Shown here: in pieces, positions 37,568-51,742 of the stretch
Layout: the number at the start of each line of letters is the position of its first letter
Numbering within the stretch: the stretch's first letter is position 1
From: Calcarisporiella thermophila CBS 279.70
Lineage: Eukaryota; Fungi; Calcarisporiellomycota
Direction: 5' to 3'
Length of the DNA: 64,000 nucleotides
Assembly: GCF_041956535.1 (NCBI RefSeq)
Contig: NW_027192201.1
Location: 548,206 to 612,205 of the forward strand
The notes under the pieces: model-generated
Told to the model about the DNA's origin: nothing
What the model saw: the letters and a program-made list of their open reading frames with translations, nothing else
Databases searched by the model: none
Made by a program: the position numbers and the translations under genes

Positions 37568-38323
37568 TTTTATTTTTGCATCAATTCGCTGAGAAATACT
37601 GATCAGAGAGAGTCCTGAGAACTCAAGAAAAAGAAACTAACCCCACTCTAGTAGGAAATTTTTAATTGGCTGAACTTGTTCTCGGCGGAATGCCTCGATC
37701 AAACTGGCTTCCTTATTATCTATTAGGACACCACAAACTGGAGCTTGAAATAGGAATACTCTTTGCTATATTCCCCCTTTTCATCACATAACTATATCGA
37801 AACATTATTTAAATAGACATTTATATTTACTCGAATATTTGATCAGTTGGCTATGCATGAGGTGCTTGCAATAAAAGATGGTAAGAAAAGGAGCATATCA
37901 AAATATCATAAAAAAAGTGGGTAGAAAGTTGTTGGATCCAAGTTAGTAATTCTTGGTAATTCTATTTAACTCCTTATGAAACATGATCTTTTGAACAGCC
38001 ATAAACTTCACTCGATAATCATTTGTATATTCAATATCAATCTCTATTCTTGGTTATTAAACACAGGATTCCATGTTAAAGAGAGACCAGAAATCTCACT
38101 TATGAGAAATAAATAAGAGAGTTAAACTGCAAAAATATCTCCGTAGCATTTTAGCATTTTACAGTTATGCCGCTATGCTTTTGTGTAATGTCAATGTGCA
38201 GCCTTGGTTTTAGGTGACCGTCTCGGGTTTATGTCCAAATATTTTGCGGTTTATTCACAAGCATAAGAACTTTTCATAACGGGTGTGAAATATATGAAAT
38301 GCCAAAATATTAAATAATTCTTT

Positions 38324-39976
38324 TTAGTACACTAAAAATCGGTCCCATTGACACACAATGCGAGATAAACCAGGTTTTTGTAACACCAATTCTGGCTCTT
38401 TCGAGATAGTTAAGCTAGCCAGATCAGAAATATTCAACAGATAGACATTCCCAGATGTTGAAATAGCTGCCACATGGGAAGTTCCGGCCGAAACACTGAT
38501 AATATCCTCGGACAAAGGAAGACGGAATATGTTGGATCCAACAATATCCGTGATGTACGCAGAATTATCACCTTAGCCAAATTTAAAGTAAATAAATATT
38601 ATAATAGAATATAATGATATACTCTTTACCTAGTAGCAGTACGTTGTAACCTGTATAGTCAAAAGCAGAAGCAATATAAGTTTTGGAATAGTATAAATTT
38701 AAGTCGTTTATTTTGTACCTATGCCAGCTGAAATTTGACGGATAATTGCATTATTTCCCAGAGCTGCTGCAACAGAAAATCGTGAAAGGGGCTGCTCTGA
38801 GTAAACTTCGCCAGTTACCTCAGTCTCATGATACTGCGGATAATATGGTTTTTCTATATTGACTTCTAATGGCTCCAAATCTTCTGAGCCAAAAGTTAGG
38901 ATTGATTGGTTTTCATTTTTGTTAACTATAGCTGAAAAATGCCGGGGTCCACATGCAATGTCCTCTATTCGACCAACGGCGTAAAGATGTTCAACAAGAG
39001 AGGGAAGGAGCGACTTCCGTATGTTCTTGGATTGAGTTGGATAATAGCCCCAAAGGTAGACTTCTTGATTTTTGGAACCTCCAGATAAAGGTGATGCAAT
39101 AGCTATCGTATACGCACTAGTTCACATATTTCCTGTTAGAAATTGGACAAAAAGTTCAAATTACAAGGACAACAAACCTGCTGGCGTATACTCGTTCAAC
39201 AAACCTCTCAATAGAGTCAAAGAATTGAATCTGTTTTGGAATACGATCATATATCTCTGATAACAATATTAGCTACCCTACAAGCTATTAAAAATGAATA
39301 TGAAGAGCTCACCATCGCCGAGGCCTAAAACGCCAGCTCCCCATGCCCATGCTTTTCCAGAAGCAGATCTCACTATATTATGGAATGAACCTGACGCTAC
39401 TTCGAGCAGGTTTTCATTTTCAAGCGTAGAGACATGGTGTGCTTTATCCACGTAGTCGATATCTTCATCTTCCAATAATACAAATGGTTGCTCTAGTGTT
39501 TGACCAACCTATGCAGAACTTAAAGGTAACTACACGAGGCTAACGCGAATATAACTTAAATAAATTTACTTGTCCATAGTAATTGGAGCCCCAACTGTAC
39601 AATTGATTTTCGATGACCACGCAGCCGTGAGCAACCTGGAGATCAAAATTTGAGAATGCGTTATCAGAAGTATACTAGTAATATCTATTACCCCAGAGCT
39701 TGCAGATTGAAAACCGTAACCGTCAAACTGGTCGAGTAACAAAGGAACAAATCCATTTGTAGTCGAATCTAATTTTTCTAACAAGAAAGCTCTAGGAACT
39801 GTGTCATTCCATTTAGTTTGTATATTAATAGGTTTCGCCGATATTTCTCCTTGGTTTGCGCGAAATAAGCCAAAAAGTGAACGTTTAAACGAACGGGTTC
39901 CACATGAAAGCGACTTATTTGATGAAAAATGCGCTGCTTTGGTGAAAATGGGAGTTACTAGTGCTCTTAGTGTCAT
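38324..39976 (-). CDS. RCC1-repeat protein with probable mitochondrial presequence, multi-exon
   Basis: VASGSFHNIV..GKAWAWGAG.LGLG, VYLWG, IACGPRHFS, VSAGTSHVAAISTSGNVY; basic/hydroxylated N-terminus. Confidence 0.82.
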
Positions 39977-40076
39977 GTAATGGAAAATAAAGTGACAAAG
40001 TAGTTTATTCACAACTGAGCCACTAATATTTTAAACTTTTGCTCTTCATCGTCTCTTAATTTAATAATTTAGTAAA

Positions 40077-42551
40077 ATGGCAGCCAGCGAGAGTGCTGTC
40101 GTTGCCGTTCTCGTCGTAGGATTTCACCATAACTTCGGACCGATTGTTGAGGCATCTTTTCCCCCTTTTCCTGGTCAAGAGCCTAAAACTAAGCTCGAAA
40201 GACTTGAACTCCCAGAGGCGTGGCATTTTTTACCGTTCCTCGCGCTGCCTGGTAATTATTGAGTTGTGAGATAGTTCTCTTTACATTTTGTTTTTTCATA
40301 TTATAAAAGCGTAGATGGTGCTCATCGCAATGAGCAAGACTTCACATATTTTCACCTGCCTCCAGTGCCTGGATGGTCGATCGCTGAAAAAACTCTATTT
40401 GGTATAGCATGTAACCGCCAGATTAGTTCTAAGGTATTAAATTTGTGTGCGTAAATTTTGATCTTGATATTAAATCTGTAATTTTGAAGGATCTTCTGAA
40501 TCGCAATGCAGAAGTAACAAGAACTACTGTCCAAAAGGCAGTCGTTGTACTCGCTCGTCAGGTATAGCATTACAGCTTTAATATTGTTACTTAATCTTAT
40601 TCTTCAATTTCATTCTTTAGCCTGTATTTAGCCTCATTCGCGAGAAATTGGCAGTGGTCACAGCTGCTTGGTTCGCTCAAAGAGATTTTGATCAGCTTGA
40701 GATTTTGTCTGTATGTAAATGACTTAGTATACATGACAAGTTATATCTGAAAATTTACTTTTATATCAAAGGATTTATATTCGAATTTTACTACATCTCT
40801 TTCTGCAAATCTTCCAGAATCTGCTCTTTATTCAGGTAAATATCCCCTCTTTCTTACAATATCCTATAAATTTTTTAATCCCCGTTCCAACATAGGCACG
40901 TCCCTTAGAGAGCTCATTCATAAATTCAAGCATAAAGTTCTAGTTCTATTCAAATTACTTCTACTCGAAAAAAAGGTTACTAGCATAATATAACTTAATA
41001 TTCCATATTCTCACCAATTTTCTCGGCATACTTAAGATAATGTTTTATGGTCACCCCGTTGAACGCTTGTGTACATACCAATACTCGCTAGTATCCCTCG
41101 TACCAGGTAACTAAACATAATTCTCATTATGCTTTGTCGATGGCTTTAATTTGATTGCAATACCAGATCTACTTGGACATTTACAAGATTCTGGTACGCC
41201 GGATCTTGATACAAGTGAAGAGTATATGAAGAGCATTAGCGGTGAGATACTAAAATCAAATGACAAAAAGTCTCTTAGGCGATATGCTGGTCTTCCACTT
41301 CACGTGTTCGGAAAAGTAACCGCTCTGGATTTTTAGATATGGCATTCCCATAGTGTATACCAATACTTGAATCTCTCTAGGGGTGTTTTTTCCAACCATA
41401 CCTCCCGCTTCAACAAATCGAACTATTACAAGACCCATCCACGCGATCATATCTTGTTGGAGTCACCAATTCTATATTTCTCCAGCATAGAGATTGCCCA
41501 ATTGACGTTGTAGTTAATGTATGTTTCAACTTCACCGAATCACAGATTTTACCTAGTATAACTAACTTATTCGATTTATTATAGGTAGAGGATGGAACTA
41601 TAAATTTTGTTAATCAAGCTCTCGCGAATATTTTAACCCCTACTGCAGCTGATAAAAAATTCATGAATGAACTTGTTGCAGTTATTGAAGAGAGCTGGAG
41701 CGATAATGGTTAGCCAGATAAAATCCAGCCAGTATTATGCATTCATTTTTTTTATTGTTCTAATTATTATAATAGAGTATCAATCGAACACAATGGAATA
41801 TATCGGGAGCGACGACTTTCTCCGCGCACGATTTGAAGAGTATCTACTATCGATATTAGCTAGTATTCGTCATGCTGAATCGCTTGAATCGGAAAATTTA
41901 GAAGTGATCACCGTAACGAATGGTAATTAGTTTCAAACAATGGGAAATAGTATTCACTTAATTTCTAACCTTATAAAAATAGAGAAAAACTATCTTTCAG
42001 ACTACAATTTAAATTGGGTTACTACTTGGAAAACAACAAACAACTACCAAATCTGGAACCGATATGCTGATTACGAGATATATGAAATATGCGAACCCGG
42101 TCATCCTTATGCGAGTAATTCAAGTTTAAGCGAGTTTCAGCGACAGTTTACAAATCGGCTACGTGATATCAACTTTGAAAATAATCTCGCACCGATTCGC
42201 GAGAGTTTTTCGCGAGCAGTTTCTAGTGGGAGTAACAGAGTGTCACGTTTAGTGGATACTTTGTGGACCGAGTTGGATCACCTCATTGCTGAAGAGAGCT
42301 CGAGCAAATCTGTGGAGAATAATAATAATTCAAATATAGATCAGTCCGAATCCCAGCCTCAATCATCCTTCTTCAGCAACCAACAGAGTAATTTAGATAG
42401 CTTTGCGTAGATATTAATTCAATGCTCATCTTTTAATATTACAGTTCCAAAAGTTAATATTGAAGCCACAACCCGCAGCATTAGTAATTTTTTTACTAAT
42501 ATGCGTCGAGATTTTTTTCAAGGCCAACAGCATCAAAGGGTACGTCAGTGA
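40077..42551 (+). CDS. AVL9: Late secretory pathway protein Avl9 (DENN-related), many exons
   Basis: VVGFHHNFGPIVE, LPFLALPDGAH, TLFGIACNRQI, TRTTVQKAVVV, LCTYQYSLVSLVP, FQPYLPLQQ, YIGSDDFLRARFEEYL. Confidence 0.93.
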
Positions 42552-43362
42552 GTCCTTTATCATAGCACTATAACATATGTTTATTTTATTGTTACACATT
42601 TGGATGTTAGTACCCATGAATACAATACAATGGCTGAATCACCGACGCAAGAAATGGATTTTTCAATTATTGTATTTATAATCACAGGATATAATATATC
42701 CAGATAAATAAAGACCACATTATGTGCTTTTAAGATAATCCCTTGCTCTCACCTCTTTTCACTGGCTCTCATTGTTCAAATATTCTGTAACTACAAAGAA
42801 ATGAATTAATTGTTATATTGTAATTTAAAATAGCTTGATATTACTAATTTTTGAACTATATCAGATTTATCTTAATATCAATTCTAAAGCCCTCAGTACT
42901 TTCCGATATTGGCCTATTATTGAGCATAAAATGTGTATCATCTACTATTTTTTTGTGAAACTTAGGAAGTTGACTTCTGGATTTGATTTAAATTTGAAAT
43001 CAATGAGATAAAAGCAAGATTCTCAGGTATATAAGATGCGCACGCATAGCTTGACCGTACATATTAATTTCAATTAACCAATGGATTTTCAAAGGCTCTG
43101 ATTTTCCTATTTTGGAAGATCAACTCAGGAAATTCTGCGAATACTTATTCCATCTGAGTGATATCATGTAAAATGACTGCGATGCAATATTTCCGAATAC
43201 AGTACAAATGAAGATCTCCATACTTTGTATTCGTATTTTCCTCTGCTCTCATCCTCTCTCTTCCCTTGTTCCTATTCCTCTCTTTAGCTCTTCGAAACAA
43301 TTTCGTATACCTCTACGAAAGATTTTACTCTGTACCTATGTTGTCTTTACTATTTTATTTAG

Positions 43363-44052
43363 ATGAACAATAAAATGAAAAAGACATTCGCAGTATTTTT
43401 TTCTCTCTGCGCTCTGTTTTTTATCTCCTTTTCAGAAGCACAACTTGGTGGTCTATTGGGTCACTTGCCTAATAAGCTCATTCCTAATGTTCCATTATTG
43501 AAGGAAGATCAACAAAAAGAACCCAAGCAGGCGAAGCATGAAGTGCATGAGCATAAGCATGGTCACATTCCTCACACTCATCATCAAGAACAGCAGGAAC
43601 AACATGACCATTCTTTGGTGAACGACCTAGAAAATATAGAATCCTCGGCAGTATCTCTTCTTCCACAACACATTCCAGCCCCCATTGACTTATCGCTTGA
43701 ACCAGCAGACGTGACTGATGAGGAAACAACGCAGAATACTGATGTGAATGAAGATAGCTCGCCTCTCCCACTTCCTTCTCACTCGCCACCGCAGCCTACA
43801 ACCTTTTCTACTACAGACCCACGTCAATATATCGCTACTACTTCTAAACCACTTAGTGGTGGCAGTTTACCAACCGATAATCTATTGGTTGCTCCTGCGG
43901 TCGTAGTGGCTACTGTCACTGCGCCTCAGAGCCGACCTAGTGCAAATCTATTATCAAGTGGGAATGGGAGAAATAGGCCTCTGTTCTTTTGTTGGATTTT
44001 TATGGTAGTATTATATGTAATTACTTTTGAAGTAGGTACCATACTTAATTAA
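43363..44052 (+). CDS. Secreted, probably GPI-anchored His-rich and Ser/Thr/Pro-rich surface protein
   Basis: Signal peptide (..FISFSEA/Q), His-rich tract, S/T/P region, LSSG followed by hydrophobic C-terminus. Confidence 0.75.
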   Translation: MNNKMKKTFAVFFSLCALFFISFSEAQLGGLLGHLPNKLIPNVPLLKEDQQKEPKQAKHEVHEHKHGHIPHTHHQEQQEQHDHSLVNDLENIESSAVSLLPQHIPAPIDLSLEPADVTDEETTQNTDVNEDSSPLPLPSHSPPQPTTFSTTDPRQYIATTSKPLSGGSLPTDNLLVAPAVVVATVTAPQSRPSANLLSSGNGRNRPLFFCWIFMVVLYVITFEVGTILN

Positions 44053-44187
44053 AGCATCAGACCTTTTTCATTCTGCATAATTAAACAAAACGAGATAATA
44101 GTTCGTATTTTAAAACATTTATTTAAAATTTCTATATTGAAAAAGTCTATTATTGCTTTATATAATGATAATATCGCCTAACGATCC

Positions 44188-45072
<885 letters not shown>

Positions 45073-45240
45073 AGAAGTTACTATTATCAGCTATTCTGTT
45101 GCTTTGGCACGGTATTCAATACAGAGGGAAGAAAGAAGAAGGAAAAATATCAGGAGAATAAAATTAAACATAACCTGGTGGCAAAAACCTCCGTCGGGGA
45201 AAAATGCTAAGCCATCTTGGGCTACCTTAAATAACACCCA

Positions 45241-45956
45241 ATGATGAAAACAAAATATTCAAGTTATTATAAAATGGCTCATAGAATTCAATCTTTATCC
45301 TCTTATTCCAAATTTTTCTACCCGCTGCGTTCTTTCCGGTTCTCTCATGTAACTTTAAAAAGAAGTTACTCCTCGAATGGTATAAATATTACTATTAGTA
45401 TGAGATTTACCGTGTTGTTAATCGCACAATTCATATTTTATGTGTAGCACAATCATCTGTTTTACAACAAGTTAAAGCTGATCTTAAGCTCGCTATGCGA
45501 CAGAAGAATCAGAGAAAGCTTAACGTATTAAAAGGGTTGCTCTCTGATATAACATATCTCGAAAAAAACACGGGAAAGCAGATTATCAATGATACAGAGA
45601 TTGCTTCTCTTATTCACCGAGCAATTGCGAAACGCGATGAGAGCATAGCACAATTCACTACAGCGGGAAGGTATTAAATAGATGCACTCTTATCTATACG
45701 TATATATAATAACAGCATCTCTTGGCAAATTAGACAAGATCTAGTTGCACAAGAGCAAGAAGAAGCCAGTATTCTTCGTGAATATCTCGGAAAGCAACTT
45801 TCGGAAGATGAGATTAAGACGCGTGTCCTGCAAGCTATCAAAGAAACAGATGCTCAAAATATTCGCGACATGGGTAAGGTAATGCATAAGTTGGATGGAA
45901 TAAATGCGCCGAGGAAGACTATAGCAGATATGGTCAAGAAATTTTTGAAGCAATGA
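45241..45956 (+). CDS. AIM41: Mitochondrial GatB/YqeY-domain protein (Aim41-like); start may be 45274
   Basis: Presequence ending RSYSS, VKADLKLAMRQK, KRDESIAQF..AGR.DLVAQEQEEASILREYL.KQLSEDEI, DMGKVM. Confidence 0.85.
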
Positions 45957-46355
45957 AAATAAAGTACCTGTTAGATATCTATTTTTTGGATAATACCAAG
46001 TGTTCATTCTTTAGTAACAATAAAGTTATATTGTGAATATCCTTTTATGCTATCTTAAATATGAATCTGATTTTGAAATAATAAATAGATTGTCGAAAAT
46101 GCTAATTGTACAGCAATTTTCCATCCAAAACAAAATCTCAATAATAAACAAGATATTTATTGGGTTCCACTGTTAATCCTGGCTTTAAGAAACTTATATA
46201 TCAAGTTAAATATATAATATTATGATAACCATAAATAAGGTTCAAATTTGACTATTGCAAATGAAGTATTTAGGATTTCTTCTAATTTTAATAATAGGAC
46301 AGCTACAAAGAAAGTAGAAAGTAGAATTCTCTATTATATTATAAGATTGTAGAAC

Positions 46356-47279
46356 CTAAGCTTTCAAAATCTTAGGTTTTGAATATAACAATACTTGGTA
46401 AACAATCCAAGCATCTACAGATACTTGGAAAAGGCCACTCACCAAAAATTGGAGTGGGGAGTTGTTTGTGAAGTAATAAATTGTCTTGCCAGCATCGCCC
46501 AGCAGATTTGAAACGACTAAGATAATGCTTAATCCCTCAGTAGATTTTCGGGTATAATTCGTGAGGGCTTGTGGAATAGGGACGCTGGCTTCGAGACTAG
46601 TTGATATAAAACCCAATAATTCCACCGCGAAGTAGGTTGAGCCAAATACCAGGTAAAAAATTATCAGAGATAGGCAACTGGTGATTAAAAAATTCACATA
46701 AAAAGAAAACCGCGGCCATCTCCAAAACTGCGAGATAATGGAAGGTGCACCAGCACGAGCTCGAGGACGTTGCAGGTAGACACAACGCTCTAGAAGTAGT
46801 AGTTGAAGTATTATCATTACGATAGATTGCCATAAAAGTGTGATGTCAAAACGTTTTCCGAACCTTTCTTAGACAAATATAGTATGAATATATAAGATAA
46901 AAACAGAAATAAAAAATAAGCTACCAAAAAAATATACGAAATAAACTGGCCATCAGCAATAGTCCACAAGAATCAATACTGAACCCGATTTCGCCATCTT
47001 CATGAGTCAATTGACTGTGAACTCTAGTAGGCCTTTTGGAAAGCAGCAAACGATATTGGTCTAATCAGGAAATATTTAATTAAATAATATTGATGATTTG
47101 AATGCTTAAGTTCTCTTTCTGACCTAGTAGAGGGAAAGCGGGTCCTATGACCTTATTTTAGAAAAAATAATAGTAATAAAGTATTAACTTATTAAGACCG
47201 AGTACTAAATAAAACCAACCATGCCCAAAGAGAATATCATTCCTGCGACACTTCTACTGTCTGAGTTACTTGAAGTCAT
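46356..47279 (-). CDS. PQ-loop membrane protein (Any1/PQLC1-like), multi-exon
   Basis: IGP..DQY, GFSIDSCGLLLMASLFRIFFWFGKRFDITLLWQS, FWRW, EASVPIPQALTNY, GDAGKTIYY..SPLQF. Confidence 0.88.
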
Positions 47280-47741
47280 CCTTGATGAGTGTATTCAATA
47301 ATAAATTGAACGAGAATATTGTGGGGGGAATTATATGTGGCTTATCCGAAAATCACTGTAAAGAATATTATACTTCATGCTCAAATAAAACTTACAACGA
47401 CTATCAATAAAAAAACCATATAATAGTAATAGTAATTATGTTATAATCATTAATTATTTTGTAATATACACCATATATGCGGAGTTGAGATAATTTACAA
47501 AATTCAACAATAATAGATTTTAATGAATTAATCCAATCATTTTCAATTTAATTGAATATTTTTTCGAGAATTGTTTCATTTTTTGTGATTTTCCAAAATT
47601 TTTAAAATTTCTTTTATATATATTTATGATTGGTCTTAAATCCTTCGAAATTATAAATTGGAATTATTGAAGTATATATTAATTTAGGTTTATTTATATA
47701 CCGAAATATTTAAATATGAGAGAATGTATTAATATTTTAGA

Positions 47742-49496
47742 TTAAGAAAGATATTTAGAATAAAGAAAAAACGAACAAAATATTAATATAATAACTACTA
47801 GAGCGAATGATCGAGTGTGAAAATCTGAGAGTGCCACCGAAATTGATGTTGCTCTATGCTCCATAGAGCTCATAGTCAACTCTAGATTATCAATAAATGA
47901 TTGCAACGAGAATGAATTTTCCACACGTTTCCGTCCACGTTCGCCCATATTTTTGCAATCCACTTGGCCAGTTACGATCCTTGCAATCGAAAACGCCCAT
48001 GTTTCTACATTTGGTTCACAAAGAAAACCAGTGACACCATCCAAAATGGTCTCTGTTGGACCACCACTATTTACCGCAATCACAGGCACACGTGCGTACA
48101 TGGCCTCAATAGGAACAATACCGAAATGCTCTTTATCTGGGGTATATAGAAGGCAGAGAGTGTTGGAGAGCAAGAACGTGCGCTGTTGCTCACTGAATGA
48201 GCACAAGAAGAGAACCTGCGTATCGTGTGGGGGTGTTTCGAGTGTCCCTGGAAAAATTGTACTGGTAGTTAAACCATAATTTCTGGCTAGTAGATCCAGC
48301 TCCTGGTGATATTCCACGTTTTCTGGTACCCTTTTGTCATATCCCCCTTTGGATATATATTATTAATATACAATTCGTGAGAAGACTAGCAAGAGTATCA
48401 TACCCGCAATCACAAGACGCAGATTGTTAAACTCAGATTGAGAAACAAAGTCTATATCTTTCAACTTGGCAAATGCATGAATAGCCAGTGCAATGTTCTT
48501 CTTGCGCTCATATCGATTTATGGAGAGTATTAATTTACGCTGGCTAAATAAAAGTAAGTAGAGATTATTTAGAATTAGAATGATTTCAAATTTAAAGGCG
48601 AATTATAACTACGTTTTCAGATTTGCTACGGATGGATCAGCTAGGTTCAATTTCTTGTCATAGGCATCTAATTGTATACCAGGATATAAAGTGTGTGGCG
48701 TTGTCTTGATTGAGCGGAAAGTCTGTTGAAAGATTCTAGCAGTGAAATCGCTATTAACGACAATACAGTCAGCAGTTCCTAATAATAATATTATGAGGGC
48801 TCGGTTTGTCGCCAAAAAATAAAACGGTGAATAGCAACCTGTTGTCCATTCTTCTAGCAGGTCTAAAGGGAGTCTATATAGTTTTTTCAGAATTGATTGT
48901 CGTTGAGTGAGAAGCATATCAGGAAAATGGCAATAAAAAAGAACCTGATGAACGAAAACATGTTTATATTAGCATGCTTTTAGTCAGAGCTTGGAGAATA
49001 TCTGCAGTTTACTTTTGCCCTAGTGACTAATCGCAGTATGGGAACTGAAGTGGAGAGTTGATCTATAAAAATAATATCATATTGATCTCCCTCCAAAATA
49101 AGTGAACAAGTGAGATGCAGCTGCCGTAATATAGCACAAATAATATAGAAATGGCCACAAAGAGTACGCGGGAATAGATTGTTGCCTCGAATGCGAACAT
49201 CCAGTGTACCTAGAGTGTTCAAACAGTTTAGTAAATTTTAACATGATTGATTAGATTACTTATACCATCTCGAGTCTCCTGAAAACAATGATTTTGATCG
49301 TGATGAGATGTGTACAATACAACGGAATGTCCCTTATTTTGAAGGCCCACTGCAGCATCAACCACCAGTCTCTCTGCGCCCCCTAGATACAAATATATGT
49401 GTAAGCTTACGTGCAAATGAAAAAGACACATGAAAACCAACCAATTCCAAGATCAGGGTGAATGAAAGCGACACGCAGCGAGCGTTTGGGTGGCAT
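47742..49496 (-). CDS. ALG2: Alpha-1,3/1,6-mannosyltransferase Alg2, multi-exon
   Basis: [72 protein letters not shown]. Confidence 0.96.
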
Positions 49497-49973
49497 ATTT
49501 CATAAATAATTTATTTGCAATTCATACAGTATAACAGACTTGTCACTCTTTAGAAGTAATTTTATACTGCGCCCCATATAGAATAGTTCAAATTCAATAT
49601 TTATAAACCAGTACTTTAAAATTGGCAAACAATTACTGTAGTTTATTGGAATTTATAGGCTATTATTACAAGATCATTTAATCGAAATATCTTTAGTATC
49701 AAATTTATTCACAAAAATTAGTTGAGCTGTATTGCATTCTCGATAGTTACGATTTAACAGAAAGTAAGTGTTTAAATCTATATATAGGATATTTCGGACC
49801 CTGAATTAAAGCTTTTATCAAACTGGCTCGTTTAATACAAGATATTCGCAAGCTATAATCCTTTGAATGGGTGTAAATTTTTCAACTAGAGTCATATGTT
49901 GCTCATATCACTAATTCTTGTTCATCCAAAGCAAGATTGCCGAAAGAAGCTCTAAATCAAAATATACCAGAAG

Positions 49974-51429
49974 CTAAGCCTTTGGTCTCTTTGTTGTTGA
50001 CTCACTTGGAATTTGGTTTGACTCCACAGCATCTTCAGATTCTTGCTTTCGCTTACGGTCTCCTTCACTGGCTATTCCATTATTTTGGCTGGCAACATCT
50101 TTTTGTGGTCCATTCTTTGTAGAACGTATCAGAGAAGTCAGATCATGGACGGCAGTAGTCACGGTGGCCTTAGATGCATTTGCAGAATTGCCGGATATCG
50201 TGTTACGAATCATGGTCTCTATATCAGATTTACCAGATGCCTGTAAAGAATTGATATCTTCGAGCTGTTGTATTAATAAAGGATTTGATCTGAAATTAGC
50301 ATTATTATAATAGGTGAATTAACTGAAAATAATATTATATTACCTTCTGCTCCATATCGGGCAATAGTCCTTCGATTTCTTCAATTTCCTCCTCTATATC
50401 AACAGGAATTTCCGTGGTAACGTTCCTTTCCTTTCCTTTTTCACTCTCACTCGAATTTGAAGTCTTTAGGTCGCGTTGTTGTCGTAAAAATTCTAGACGC
50501 TGATGCAATACTTGTGTGGCCTTCACAATATGTTCTGCAGCAAGATGTTGCTCTGATGAACTAAATTCATAAGCTAGAGCTAATTTATAGTGCGCCTCAG
50601 CCAATTGTCGGTCGTTGGGAGAGAGAAGGCCAGCTTTGATTTGTAAAGCCTCCTTATAGTCAACTACTGCTTGATCAAAATTTTCTAAGGTATTAAAGAA
50701 AACATTTGAAAAAGAATAAATTGGTAATTCGAAATAAGTCGAATTAACAAATTCTAGTTAGGAAGTGTGAATATTACCAGATTCCAGTGATACATCACCG
50801 AGTGCAAGTAGAACGTCTCCCAGTTTTAGCTTGGCATCTCTTGTAGTCATGTCACTGTATATCAATCTTGCTAAATCCAAAATTTCCCAAGCATACGTCA
50901 AGTCATCTCCAGAATCATCCTCTTTTTCCTCTTCATTTTCACTGTTTTCATTTTTTTCATCGGTATCTGGATCGGGATCAGCTTCGAAATTAATGCGCGC
51001 TTTGCTAGGACAGGAAGCTGATATATATTATATAACTGATTTAATATGAAGCTATTTAGTTCAAATGAAATGCTAGCAAACCTTGTGGCAGTGATTCGTC
51101 CTTATCTTTGATAACATTACCACCTAGTACAGAGTTCTGCTGAATAGCACTGTGAAGTAAAGCCCGTCCATAAAGTAAATAGGCATCTGCGCACATAGGG
51201 GATCTTTCACCATATTCTCGTCCACTAGAAAATGTAGATTAATATCAGTTTTAATTTTTCGTTTAATTCTACATCATTACAGGATCTCGGAGGCTTCTCC
51301 AAATCGTTGTACGGATATCTCATATTCTTGCAAAGCAAAAGAGCGGGTTCCTTCATCCAGAAGCTCGTTCACTCTTTCTATAATGGAGGAATTCGCATCT
51401 GCTGAATCTGTTTTTTGTTTATCAGACAT
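49974..51429 (-). CDS. NASP/Sim3/Hif1-family histone chaperone (SHNi-TPR), multi-exon
   Basis: CADAYLLYGRALLH.AIQ.NSVLG, DDLTYAWEILDLARLIY, LGDVSLESENFDQAVVDY, RQLAEAHYKLALAYE, basic C-terminal NLS. Confidence 0.9.
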
Positions 51430-51742
51430 TATATCGTATAGCTAATATAAGACGAAGATTCATTTTGTTTTTTTCGTGTCGCGAATTATTACGATCGCCC
51501 TCAACAGATCTTAATTGGTTACATCCAAATAAACGAAACCGAGAAAACTAATACCGTTTTTTTATTTCCATCAGCTTAATTATTCTAATCAGTCATTTTT
51601 TTATTTTCACCAACTCAGCAATACGTGCAATTCAATTGAAGTGGAAAGAATTTTTTTCTTTATTATTATTATTACAATCAAATCAAAATCCAGCTTATGT
51701 TTTGTTGTTTCTACGTCAATACCATTTACAATATTTTAAATA

